Source: an uncultured Spirosoma sp.
Lineage (GTDB): Bacteria; Bacteroidota; Bacteroidia; Cytophagales; Spirosomataceae
Assembly: GCA_964581865.1 (NCBI GenBank)
Contig: CAZOQC010000017.1
Coordinates: 2,457 to 66,456 of the forward strand
DNA: 64,000 nt
Direction of reading: 5' to 3'
Part shown: positions 25,441 to 34,870 of the stretch, one piece after another
Layout of the letters: the number at the start of each line of letters is the position of its first letter
Position numbering within the stretch: the stretch's first letter is position 1
Program-made: the position numbers and the translations under genes
Notes under the pieces: model-generated
Told to the model about the DNA's origin: nothing
Database searches by the model: none
The model's input: only the letters and a program-made list of their open reading frames with translations

Positions 25441-26742
25441 TCAAAACACCCGTTTCAGCAAATAATACAATGGAAAGCCGCTGAAGAACAAACCCCAGCC
25501 GATAGCCGCTGGGCCGGGATCGGTGATGATGACGTTGACGGATACGACCAGCAGAAAGCCGATAAACAGGGCCGGTAACACCGGATAGAGCCAGACGCGA
25601 TAGCCGGCATACGTATCGGTGGAGCGGGCGCGACGGCGGAACACAAACAGCGTCGCGGCTGCGCTGGCCAGAGCCACCGTATCGATCGACATAACGTAGC
25701 TGACGATCTTCTCGAACGTACCCAGAAAGAACAGCGACAGCAGCATCACCACGACCAGAAACGTAAGGGCAAATTCCTGTGTCTGCGTTCGCTCGTTGAT
25801 CCGTTTGAAAATAGGGGGCAGAATACCATCGTCGGCCATGGCGTAGTAAACACGCGGCAGCGACAGCAAACTGGCGTTGAGGTAGCCTAGCACCGATACG
25901 AAAATGGCGACCGAAAACAGCCGGTACCCGATGTCGCCGGTCAGGGCGCGGGCGAGGTCGGCGGCTACGAGTTTGGACTGGGGAAGCTGCGAAAAGCCCA
26001 GCTGATGTACATAAGCGTAGTTGAGCGTCAGGTACAGACCCATCACGAGCAGCATCCCGCCGATAATACCGCGCGGGGTGTTGCGCTGCGGATTCGTCAC
26101 GTCGGCCCCGAAGTTGAGCACCTGCTGGTAACCGCCGTAGGTGTAAAAAACGGCAATCAGACTGGCGAAAAAGGCTGTGCCGAGCCCGGTACTGTGCACA
26201 ACTGCCGGTCCTGCACTGGCTGATGTTGTCACAAACGCACCCAGACACAGCAGGCCCATCATCCCGATTTTCAGACTGCTCAGCAGATTCTGCGTCCGGG
26301 CACCCGACCGGATACCCAGCAGGTTGATCCCGTAAAACAGCAGCACGGTAACGATAACCGTTGCCCGGATACCGGTTGGGTTTTGCAGTGAAGCCGGAAG
26401 TAATGGGTTTATATACTCCGCTCCGATCAGGGCAACGCCCACGTTGCCCGCGCCGTAAGTCAGCACGATAACCCAGTTGAGCATGAACGCAAAAACAGGA
26501 TGAAACGCGTCGGAAATCAGTTTGTAAAAACCGCCCGCCACCGGTCGGCGGGAGCCGATTTCGGCGAAGGTCAGTGCCCCAAACAGACTGACCACACCAC
26601 CGGTCAGCCAGGCTCCGAAAAAGATGGCCGGGTTACCCGCCGACTGGGCAACGATGGCGGGTGTGCGGAAAATACCAATGCCAATAACCAGACTGACGAC
26701 GATCATCGTCAAATCAAAAGCAGACAGTTTCGGTTGTATCAT
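25441..26742 (-). CDS. APC-superfamily amino-acid permease
   Basis: The 433-aa product has about 12 hydrophobic helices. The N-terminal pattern DLTMIVVSLVIGIGIF is typical of amino-acid/polyamine/organocation transporters. Confidence 0.85.
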   Translation of the reverse strand: MIQPKLSAFDLTMIVVSLVIGIGIFRTPAIVAQSAGNPAIFFGAWLTGGVVSLFGALTFAEIGSRRPVAGGFYKLISDAFHPVFAFMLNWVIVLTYGAGNVGVALIGAEYINPLLPASLQNPTGIRATVIVTVLLFYGINLLGIRSGARTQNLLSSLKIGMMGLLCLGAFVTTSASAGPAVVHSTGLGTAFFASLIAVFYTYGGYQQVLNFGADVTNPQRNTPRGIIGGMLLVMGLYLTLNYAYVHQLGFSQLPQSKLVAADLARALTGDIGYRLFSVAIFVSVLGYLNASLLSLPRVYYAMADDGILPPIFKRINERTQTQEFALTFLVVVMLLSLFFLGTFEKIVSYVMSIDTVALASAAATLFVFRRRARSTDTYAGYRVWLYPVLPALFIGFLLVVSVNVIITDPGPAAIGWGLFFSGFPLYYLLKRVF

Positions 26743-26863
26743 GCAGCAATGACCCGGTAGGCTGGCCCGGTGGAATGCCTAAGATAACCACCGCTGGTCA
26801 GATTGTACCACGCACCGCCTGATTCCGGGGTGTTTACCCGTAATTCGTACCAAACAACGTATC

Positions 26864-27517
26864 ATGTTCACCCGAATCAGCGTTCTCGATACCAGTCACC
26901 GGCTGGGTATTGCCCTCGTCGTCGCCATAATCACGGCTCTGGCTACGCCGTCGTCGCTGAGCTGGCCGGTGCATATTGCCTGTACGTGGGTAGGCTTCTC
27001 GCTGTCGACGCTGGCAATGATGTGGATTACGATCTCCGTTTCTCACCCGCGCGACTTACCCGGCCTGTCAAAAATGGAGGACTCGAGCCGGGCGATGATC
27101 TCGCTGATTGTATCGCTGGCGGCAACGCTGAGTCTGTTTATCGTACTGATATTACTGGACTCGATGACAAAAAGCAGCCCTTCGTGGATTATGTGGCTGG
27201 CGGTAGTGTCGGTAGCCTGTTCGTGGACGCTGGTGCATACGATTTTCACGCTTCGCTACGCCCACCTGTATTACGGCGACGAGACAAATCCGAAAAAACG
27301 GCCCGCCGGGCTGGACTTCCCCAACGACGATGAGCCCGATTACCTCGACTTCGCCTACTTCTCGTTTGTGATCGGTATGACGAGTCAGGTGTCCGACGTA
27401 GCCGTGAGTTCGAAGTCGCAGCGCCGAACCGCGCTGCTTCACGGTGTTCTGTCGTTTGTGTTCAACGCCATCATCGTTGCGCTGACGATCAGTGGCGTAT
27501 CGGGGCTGATTAATTGA
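26864..27517 (+). CDS. DUF1345 family membrane protein
   Basis: The product is multi-TM and carries the characteristic FTLRYAHLYY...DYLDFAYFSFVIGMTSQVSDV block. Confidence 0.75.
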   Translation: MFTRISVLDTSHRLGIALVVAIITALATPSSLSWPVHIACTWVGFSLSTLAMMWITISVSHPRDLPGLSKMEDSSRAMISLIVSLAATLSLFIVLILLDSMTKSSPSWIMWLAVVSVACSWTLVHTIFTLRYAHLYYGDETNPKKRPAGLDFPNDDEPDYLDFAYFSFVIGMTSQVSDVAVSSKSQRRTALLHGVLSFVFNAIIVALTISGVSGLIN

Positions 27518-27560
27518 TAGACTGGTCTGAGAGGTTGTTTAGGATTGTGTTTTGTGGCCT

Positions 27561-27653
27561 GTTTTGTCATCCCGAGCCAGGGAGGGATCTTCGGTGGCAG
27601 GCTATTTTGTTTGCTTTTAGCGAAGATCCCTCCCTGGCTCGGGATGATAAAAC
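27561..27653. repeat. 33-bp inverted repeat (likely bidirectional terminator)
   Basis: GTTTTGTCATCCCGAGCCAGGGAGGGATCTTCG (27561-27593) pairs with CGAAGATCCCTCCCTGGCTCGGGATGATAAAAC (27621-27653), with one mismatch. Confidence 0.85.
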
Positions 27654-27663
27654 AGCAGCTCTG

Positions 27664-27831
27664 CTATCGCTTCTCTTTTTTCTTGCCGGCTTTTTCCGCC
27701 TGTTCCTTCTCGTAGGCGTCGCGCTGTTTTTTGTCGGCCAGCAGATTGCGATACAGCCCATTGAGTACGTACAGATCGTCGACTTCGTCGATAAGCAGAT
27801 GAAGCTGTTCGCGCACCTGATTGATATTCAT
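27664..27831 (-). CDS. Possible 55-aa helical protein (hypothetical)
   Basis: This lies below the ORF-track size cutoff. The reverse strand gives MNINQVREQLHLLIDEVDDLYVLNGLYRNLLADKKQRDAYEKEQAEKAGKKKEKR-stop. It ends right at the hairpin. There is no homology evidence. Confidence 0.3.
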   Translation of the reverse strand: MNINQVREQLHLLIDEVDDLYVLNGLYRNLLADKKQRDAYEKEQAEKAGKKKEKR

Positions 27832-27898
27832 AGCAAGTAAAAACAGAGATAAACGGGTCTGGTCAGGTAACCCCGTCTACGGCAATTGGGTTGCAACG

Positions 27899-28171
27899 TC
27901 AGGTCGATTTCAGGGGTTCGCCGTGTTGCCTGGCGTAGTCGGATGGCGATAGCCCATACACGCTCTGGAACGTTTTGCGGAAGTACCTGGGGTCGTCGAA
28001 GCCAACCGGCGGATGACGCTTACGCGAACGCAGACGCTGGTCGACCGGGCAACGCGGCTGAACAGCAATAACCCCGTCAACCCGATCCGTGGCCTGACAG
28101 CTACGCACCTGCTGATGCCGATTCCGCTCAATGAGATTCAACTTAACAAAGACGCCGTATTGGCGCAGCAT
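27899..28171 (-). pseudogene. AraC/XylS-type HTH remnant (C-terminal helix only)
   Basis: The 90-aa ORF ends in VGFDDPRYFRKTFQSVYGLSPSDYAR, the classic second HTH of AraC-family regulators. The upstream part is degenerate and no sensor or N-terminal domain is present. Confidence 0.45.
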
Positions 28172-28292
28172 CCGGGCTATTAAAACAAACCTACCGTAAC
28201 TTGTGCTGATTAACGAACGCCCGGGATTTTTGCTAACGCCTGGATTTCGGGCGTCAGCTTACTATCAAACTAACCACCCAACGACACAGCAT

Positions 28293-29171
28293 ATGCGCTT
28301 TCGTTCGCTTGTTCGACAAACCCAGTACGGCCTGCTACTCAGCACGATTCTGCTGGCCTGCAGCGGCAACAGTCAACCAGCTCCCACCAGTCCGCCGGAG
28401 ACGCCCGCGATACCGGGCTACCGACTGGCCTGGGCCGATGAGTTCAACACCGACGGCGCCCCCGACCCCAAAAGCTGGATCTTCGAGCAGGGCTTCCAGC
28501 GAAATAATGAATTGCAGTGGTATCAATCCGACAACGCCCGATGTGAGGGTGGGATGCTGGTAATCGAAGCCCGACGCGAACAGCGGCCCAACCCGACCTA
28601 CAAAGCCGGGAGCAGCGACTGGAAAACCAGCCGCCCCACCATCGATTATACATCTTCCAGCCTCAACACCAGCGGCCTGCGTCAGTGGCAGTACGGCCGG
28701 TTCGAGATGCGGGGGCGCATCGACACACGCTCGGGGCTGTGGCCTGCTTTCTGGACGCTGGGTACGGCGGGTGAGTGGCCGTCCAACGGCGAAATCGATA
28801 TTATGGAATACTACCGGGGTTCGTTGCTGGCCAATGTGGCGTGGGGAACCAACAAGCGATGGACGGCCAATTGGCGCAGCACCAAAAAACCGCTGACCAG
28901 CTTCAGCGATCCCGACTGGGCAAGTCAGTTCCACGTCTGGCGCATGGACTGGGACGAAACCGCCATCAAACTATACGTCGATGATCTGCTGCTCAACGAA
29001 GTCAAGCTAACCGATACCATCAATGGCGACGGCAGCGGTAAAAACCCGTTTCGGCAACCGCATTATGTGCTGTTGAACATGGCCTTGGGTGGCGATAACG
29101 GTGGCGACCCCGGCCCGACGCAGTTTCCCGCCAGGTTTGAGGTCGATTACGTGCGGATTTATCAAAAATAG
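28293..29171 (+). CDS. GH16 beta-glycanase, lipoprotein
   Basis: The ATG at 28293 gives MRFRSLVRQTQYGLLLSTILLACSGN, with a lipobox. The catalytic GH16 block GEIDIMEY is present. Confidence 0.85.
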   Translation: MRFRSLVRQTQYGLLLSTILLACSGNSQPAPTSPPETPAIPGYRLAWADEFNTDGAPDPKSWIFEQGFQRNNELQWYQSDNARCEGGMLVIEARREQRPNPTYKAGSSDWKTSRPTIDYTSSSLNTSGLRQWQYGRFEMRGRIDTRSGLWPAFWTLGTAGEWPSNGEIDIMEYYRGSLLANVAWGTNKRWTANWRSTKKPLTSFSDPDWASQFHVWRMDWDETAIKLYVDDLLLNEVKLTDTINGDGSGKNPFRQPHYVLLNMALGGDNGGDPGPTQFPARFEVDYVRIYQK

Positions 29172-29294
29172 CTTAGCAATGGCTCGTTTTGTGTCAGAAA
29201 AACGCGGTTTCGTCCAATAATTTCGCAAGTCCACGGACGGGCTCGTGCAGGCATCCAGTCTGACAGGTAGTCGTAACACGTCCGTACGCATCAG

Positions 29295-30641
29295 ATGAAG
29301 AAGAATCTGTTTCTGGCAATCCTGCTTTTTGTTGCTTTACCGGGGGGCGTTTCTGCGCAACAGGATTTCCGCCAGTGGGCTAAAACACCACCGATGGGCT
29401 GGAATAGCTGGGACGCCTACGGCCCTACGATCACCGAGCCGGAGGTAAAAGCCAACGCCGACTACATGGCCGCACACCTGAAATCGTACGGCTGGGAATA
29501 CGTCGTGGTCGATATTCGCTGGTTCGTGGAAAACGACAAGGCCGGCGGCTACAACCAGACCGACCCGCGCTACGTGCTGGACGAGTACGGTCGGTACCTG
29601 CCCGCTGTCAATCGTTTTCCCTCGGCAGCGGACGGGAAGGGATTCAAACCGCTGGCCGATTACATCCACGGCAAAGGGCTAAAATTCGGCATCCACATTA
29701 TGCGGGGCGTACCCAAAGAAGCCGTCGCCAGAAAACTGCCCATCAAAGGCACGTCCGTTACCGCCGACCAGATTTACACCACGGCCATGCAGTGCGAATG
29801 GCTGCGCGACAACTACACCGTCGTGGCCGACAAGCCCGGCGCGCAGGACTACTACAACTCGATTATGGATCTGTACGCATCGTGGGGCGTCGATTTTATC
29901 AAGATCGATGACCTCTCGCGCCCCTACCATCAGGCCGAAATCGAGCTGATCCGCAAGGCCATCGACCGCACCGGGCGGCCTATCGTGCTAAGTACCTCGC
30001 CGGGTGAAACGCCCATCAGCAAGGCCGAACACGTGAGTAGCCACGCCAATATGTGGCGTATGGTCGATGACGTCTGGGACACATGGCCGCACCTGACCCA
30101 CCTGATGAAAGTGGCCGAACCGTGGTATCCCTACATAAAACCCGGTACCTGGCCCGACTGCGACATGATTCCGCTGGGCCGCATCTCGATCCGGGGTGAG
30201 CGGGGCAAGGACCGCCAAACCCGCCTGACCAAAGACGAGCAGGTTTCGCTGATGACGTTCTTCACCATCTTCCGCTCACCCCTGATGTTTGGCGGTGATC
30301 TGCCCAGCCTCGACCCGTTCACGACCTCGCTATTGACCAACAAGGCCGTCCTGAACATGCACCGCGAAAGCACCGACGTCCGGCAGTTGTTTCAGCAGGA
30401 CGGCAAGGTGGCCGTCACGTCGCGCAACCCCAGAACGGGGGAACGCTACCTGGCTGTTTTCAACCTGTCGGACAGTAAAGAACCCGTGCCTGTTTCGGTG
30501 AATCTGGCCGATCTGGGCGTTGGCAAGAAGGCAACGATTACCGATATGTGGACGGGAAAACCCCTGAAAAAAGCGGATGGCCCGTTCTCGGTTACGTTGC
30601 CTGCTCACGCATCCGGACTTTATTCGATACGTTCGTTTTAA
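29295..30641 (+). CDS. GH27 alpha-galactosidase / beta-L-arabinopyranosidase-like
   Basis: A signal peptide is present. GH27 blocks PPMGWNSWDAYG and VDFIKIDD are seen. Confidence 0.85.
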   Translation: MKKNLFLAILLFVALPGGVSAQQDFRQWAKTPPMGWNSWDAYGPTITEPEVKANADYMAAHLKSYGWEYVVVDIRWFVENDKAGGYNQTDPRYVLDEYGRYLPAVNRFPSAADGKGFKPLADYIHGKGLKFGIHIMRGVPKEAVARKLPIKGTSVTADQIYTTAMQCEWLRDNYTVVADKPGAQDYYNSIMDLYASWGVDFIKIDDLSRPYHQAEIELIRKAIDRTGRPIVLSTSPGETPISKAEHVSSHANMWRMVDDVWDTWPHLTHLMKVAEPWYPYIKPGTWPDCDMIPLGRISIRGERGKDRQTRLTKDEQVSLMTFFTIFRSPLMFGGDLPSLDPFTTSLLTNKAVLNMHRESTDVRQLFQQDGKVAVTSRNPRTGERYLAVFNLSDSKEPVPVSVNLADLGVGKKATITDMWTGKPLKKADGPFSVTLPAHASGLYSIRSF

Positions 30642-30714
30642 CCGCGGTTCTGTTATTTCTCGCAGGCTCGGAATGGTAAAAACGAAACAAGGACAATCAA
30701 CCCTCAAACTACGC

Positions 30715-31704
30715 ATGCGTTTCTCTTCGTTGCTCCCCCTACTTTACCTGGCCGGTACACTGACCACTCAGGCGCAGAACGTACCTCAGCGGCAAACCGA
30801 ATTCAAGCCCGGCGAAGTCTGGTACGACGATAAAGGGGAGGTCATCAACGCCCACGGGGGCGGGCTGCTGTACGACAAGGGTACCTACTACTGGTTCGGC
30901 GAAAAGCGCGGTAAGTCGGCGTCGGAGGGCGTGAACGTGTATTCGTCGAAAGACCTGTATAACTGGAAAGCCAACGGTATGGCACTCGCCAAATCCACCG
31001 ATCCGACCAGCGAGATTGCAACCAACGGGCTGATGGAACGGCCCAAGGTTATTTACAATCCGAAGACCAAAAAATACGTCATGTGGTTTCACCTCGAACT
31101 GCCGGGGCAGGGTTACGATGCCGCCCGCGCCGGGGTAGCCGTCAGCGACAAGGTGACCGGGCCGTACACGTACCTGAAAAGCTTTCGGCCCAACGGCCAT
31201 ATGTCGCGCGACATGACGCTATACGTCGATGACGACGGTTCGGCTTACCACGTCTATTCGGCCCGCGACAACTACGATTTGCGGCTGGTGAAACTGACCG
31301 ACGATTACCTCTCGGCCACCAAGCAGGATACGCTGCTGTTCAGCAATCACCGCGAGGCCCCGGCCCTGTTCAAGAAAGACGGACAGTACTACCTGATCAC
31401 CAGCGGCTGCACGGGCTGGGCACCCAACCGGGCCAGTCTGCACGTCGCCAAATCGCTGTTTGGCCCCTGGACAGCCGTGGGCGATCCGATGAAAGGGCTA
31501 TTGGCCGACAAGACGTTCGACGGGCAGTCGACCTATATCCAGCCGGTGCAGGGGAAAAAAGACGCGTTCATTTTTATCGCCGACCGCTGGAACCCCAAAG
31601 ACCTGAAAGACAGCCGGTATCTGTGGTTGCCCATTTCCTTTGCTAATAACCAGCCGGTCATCGAGTGGACTGATCGCTGGAACATGGGTGTCTGGAAAAA
31701 GTAA
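30715..31704 (+). CDS. GH43-like five-bladed beta-propeller glycosidase
   Basis: The ATG at 30715 gives MRFSSLLPLLYLAGTLTTQAQ. Motifs seen: AHGGGLLYDKGTYYWFGE, ERPKVIYNPKTKKYVMWFH, and a repeated propeller pattern. Confidence 0.7.
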   Translation: MRFSSLLPLLYLAGTLTTQAQNVPQRQTEFKPGEVWYDDKGEVINAHGGGLLYDKGTYYWFGEKRGKSASEGVNVYSSKDLYNWKANGMALAKSTDPTSEIATNGLMERPKVIYNPKTKKYVMWFHLELPGQGYDAARAGVAVSDKVTGPYTYLKSFRPNGHMSRDMTLYVDDDGSAYHVYSARDNYDLRLVKLTDDYLSATKQDTLLFSNHREAPALFKKDGQYYLITSGCTGWAPNRASLHVAKSLFGPWTAVGDPMKGLLADKTFDGQSTYIQPVQGKKDAFIFIADRWNPKDLKDSRYLWLPISFANNQPVIEWTDRWNMGVWKK

Positions 31705-31719
31705 GCTGTACCGATCTGT

Positions 31720-32862
31720 ATGAAGTATACCCTGGTACTGGCGGCTCTGTTGACCGGCCTGACTACGCTGGCGCAGCCGCTGCCCCGCCCCGACGACGTC
31801 ATCGCTATCGTTCGGCGCGTCAACGACCACTGGCAACAGACGCACCCGGAACACGGCCGGGCCTTCTGGGACAATGCCGCCTACCACACCGGCAACATGG
31901 AAGCCTACTTCCTGACCAGAAACGACGCCTACCGAAAGTATTCCGAAGCGTGGGCCGAGCACAATGAATGGAAAGGGGCGAAGTCCGACGATAGGGCGAA
32001 CTGGAAATACAGCTACGGCGAAACTGACGACTACGTGCTGTTCGGCGACTGGCAAATCTGTTTTCAAACCTACATCGACCTGTATAAACTCAGGCCGGAA
32101 CCGCACAAAGTAGCCCGCGCCAAAGCCGTGATGGCGTACGAAATGAGCACCCCGCGTACCGATTACTGGTGGTGGGCCGACGGGCTGTACATGGTGATGC
32201 CGGTGATGACCAAACTGTACAAACTGACCGGCGATCAGCAGTACCTCGACAAGCTGCACGCCTACTTTACCTACGCCAACAGCATCATGTACGATGCCGA
32301 AACGGGGCTGTATTACCGCGACGCCAAGTACGTGTACCCGAAGCACAAGAGCACCAACGGCGGCAAGGATTTCTGGGCGCGGGGCGACGGCTGGGTACTG
32401 GCCGGGCTGGCGAAAGTGCTGGCCGACCTCCCCAAAACGGATGCCCACCGCGCCGATTACGTGCAGAAATTTAAAGGCTTGGCCGAAGCGGTGCGGAAGA
32501 GCCAGCAGCCCGACGGCTACTGGACACGCAGCCTGCTCGATTCGGCGCACGCACCCGGTCCCGAAACCAGTGGCACCGCCTTCTTTACGTACGGCCTGCT
32601 GTGGGGGATCAACAACGGCTACCTCGACAAAAAGACCTACGAACCCACCGTCCGCAAAAGCTGGACGTACCTAACCACCACCGCCCTGCAACCCGATGGT
32701 GCAGTGGGCTACGTGCAGCCCATCGGCGAAAAAGCCATTCCGGGGCAGGTCGTCAACGCGGCTTCGACCACCAATTTCGGCGTCGGTGCATTTCTGCTGG
32801 CCAGTTGCGAGATGGCCCGGTACGTCGATAAGCCGGGCCGGGGCAACCGTTCGCGTAAGTAG
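31720..32862 (+). CDS. GH88/GH105-family unsaturated uronyl hydrolase
   Basis: A signal peptide is present. The FWARGDGWVLAGLAKVL block is typical of the Glyco_hydro_88 fold. Confidence 0.7.
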   Translation: MKYTLVLAALLTGLTTLAQPLPRPDDVIAIVRRVNDHWQQTHPEHGRAFWDNAAYHTGNMEAYFLTRNDAYRKYSEAWAEHNEWKGAKSDDRANWKYSYGETDDYVLFGDWQICFQTYIDLYKLRPEPHKVARAKAVMAYEMSTPRTDYWWWADGLYMVMPVMTKLYKLTGDQQYLDKLHAYFTYANSIMYDAETGLYYRDAKYVYPKHKSTNGGKDFWARGDGWVLAGLAKVLADLPKTDAHRADYVQKFKGLAEAVRKSQQPDGYWTRSLLDSAHAPGPETSGTAFFTYGLLWGINNGYLDKKTYEPTVRKSWTYLTTTALQPDGAVGYVQPIGEKAIPGQVVNAASTTNFGVGAFLLASCEMARYVDKPGRGNRSRK

Positions 32863-32931
32863 GTTGTACCGTACTTTTCCAGATGGGCCGGACAGGCAAA
32901 CGACTGTCGACCATCACCGAACGCAGAACGG

Positions 32932-34815
32932 ATGATTCGCTATCTCTGTACACTACTTGCCGGATTGCTTTGGCTGAGCGTCGCGGCTGCTGCGTCGGCG
33001 CAGGTCGATAGTCTGACGGCTTCGATCAGCCCGCCCGCTCATCCCCGCATTCTGCTGTTGTGGGGTGAGGAGCAGACGCTGCGCAAACAGATTGCCGCCG
33101 ATCCGACATGGACCCGCCTGCACCGGGCGGTACTGGCGCAGTGCGACACTATGCTGACCACCGCCCCGCTCGAACGGGTGCAGATTGGCCGACGATTACT
33201 GGCAACCTCGCGGGAGGCCCTGCGCAGGATTTTCTACCTGTCCTACGCCTGGCGTCTGACCGGAAATGCCCATTACCGCGACAGGGCCGAGGCCGAACTA
33301 AGGGCTATCTCCCAATTCCGGGACTGGAATCCGTCGCACTTTCTGGATGTCGGCGAGATGACGATGGCTGCGGCTATCGGCTACGACTGGCTCTATGATA
33401 CCCTGCCCGACAGCACCCGGCAACGGGTAGCCGACGCGATTCAGCAGAAAGGCATCGGTCCGTCGCTCGATTCCCGCAACAACGGCTGGCTCCGGTCGGC
33501 CAACAACTGGAATCAGGTCTGCAACGCGGGTATGAGCTACGGGGCGCTGGCCCTCTTCGAGACACAACCGCAACTGGCCCGGCAGGTGCTGAACCGGGCC
33601 ATCAGCAGCGTGACCCTACCGATGGGTGCCTACGCGCCCGACGGTGTTTACCCTGAAGGCTACAACTACTGGGGCTACGGAACCGGCTTCAACGTGCTGC
33701 TCATCAGCGCGCTGGAGAAAGCGTTCGGCCGCAGCTTCGGGCTGACCGTAAAGCCCGGTTTCCTGCAAACGGCGGCCTACATGGAGCACATGACCGGCTC
33801 AACGGGCGAGGTTTTCAACTACGCCGACGCGCGGGTGCGGGGCGAACTGCAACCGGCGATGTTCTGGTTTGCCGCCCGAACACACCAGCCCACGCGGTTG
33901 TGGGAAGAGCGCCGGTATCTGCAACGGCCCGACCTGATTCAGAAACAGGAAAACGCCCGTCTGCTCCCGGCTGCATTGCTGTGGGGCAGTCAGACATCGA
34001 TAGCCACCATCCAACCGCCACGCGAAACGGCCTGGTGGGGGAGCAGCAAAAATCCGGTGGCGCTCTTCCGTACGTCGTGGACCGATCCGGCGGCCCTGTT
34101 CATCGGGCTGAAAGGCGGAAGTCCGCAACTCAGCCACGCGCACATGGACGTGGGTTCGTTTGTGATGGAGGCCGACGGCGTACGCTGGGCGATGGATTTC
34201 GGGATGCAGGAATACGAGTCGCTGGAATCGAAAGGGGTCGATCTGTGGAACATGAAACAGGCGTCGCAGCGGTGGCGCATTTTCCGGTACAACAACTACG
34301 TACACAACACGCTGACGGTCAACGGTTCGTTGCACCAGGTTGATGGAAAAGCGGCTATTACCGGCACAGTCAGTACACCACAATTTATGGGAGCCACGAC
34401 CGATATAACCGGTGTGTACGCCAACATACTGGTCCGCGCAAATCGGGGGGTGGCTATCGTGAAACAGCAGTATGTGGTGGTGCAGGATGAACTGACGGCG
34501 GGAGACACGAGCGCGACCGTGCGCTGGACCATGCTGACCCCGGCTACGGTAAAACTGCTGGGCGACAACCGGGCCGTACTGACCAAAGACGGCAAACGAT
34601 TACTGGTTCAGGCTCCGCCTGGCGTTACGCTACGCACCTGGCCAACCGACCCGCCCCAGCCTTACGACGCCCCCAATCCCGGCACGACGCTGTTGGGTTT
34701 TGAAACCCCCTTACCCGCCCGTCAGTCAACAGCGTTGACCGTTTTCCTGATTCCGCAACGTAGTCCGTCGGTCAGTATCTCGCCTGTACCACCACTTCGC
34801 CAGTGGGTACGTTGA
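32932..34815 (+). CDS. Heparinase II/III-like (polysaccharide lyase-like) protein
   Basis: A signal peptide is present. There is an alpha/alpha toroid N-terminal region. The SHAHMDVGSFVMEADGVRWAMDFG block is characteristic of the Hepar_II_III domain. Confidence 0.8.
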   Translation: MIRYLCTLLAGLLWLSVAAAASAQVDSLTASISPPAHPRILLLWGEEQTLRKQIAADPTWTRLHRAVLAQCDTMLTTAPLERVQIGRRLLATSREALRRIFYLSYAWRLTGNAHYRDRAEAELRAISQFRDWNPSHFLDVGEMTMAAAIGYDWLYDTLPDSTRQRVADAIQQKGIGPSLDSRNNGWLRSANNWNQVCNAGMSYGALALFETQPQLARQVLNRAISSVTLPMGAYAPDGVYPEGYNYWGYGTGFNVLLISALEKAFGRSFGLTVKPGFLQTAAYMEHMTGSTGEVFNYADARVRGELQPAMFWFAARTHQPTRLWEERRYLQRPDLIQKQENARLLPAALLWGSQTSIATIQPPRETAWWGSSKNPVALFRTSWTDPAALFIGLKGGSPQLSHAHMDVGSFVMEADGVRWAMDFGMQEYESLESKGVDLWNMKQASQRWRIFRYNNYVHNTLTVNGSLHQVDGKAAITGTVSTPQFMGATTDITGVYANILVRANRGVAIVKQQYVVVQDELTAGDTSATVRWTMLTPATVKLLGDNRAVLTKDGKRLLVQAPPGVTLRTWPTDPPQPYDAPNPGTTLLGFETPLPARQSTALTVFLIPQRSPSVSISPVPPLRQWVR

Positions 34816-34870
34816 CGGTAGTGCCCGACGGGCGAGTGGGCATCAGGTATGTGGCACCGCCCGGTATTAC

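Noticed and set aside
27514-27840. 108-aa + strand ORF after DUF1345
   Set aside because: It reads straight through both arms of the 33-bp inverted repeat. It is antisense to a more plausible, though still weak, 55-aa minus-strand ORF.
31498-32550. 350-aa minus-strand ORF across the GH43/GH88 genes; similar long shadow ORFs lie at 37391..38398 (+), 24523..25386 (+), 25427..26248 (-), 59002..59850 (-), 47533..48516 (-) and 55643..56635 (-)
   Set aside because: Each overlaps a confidently assigned gene on the other strand, spans gene boundaries or repeats, and has no recognisable motifs. The ones inside the giant genes simply mirror the low-complexity T/G/P/V-rich coding repeats.
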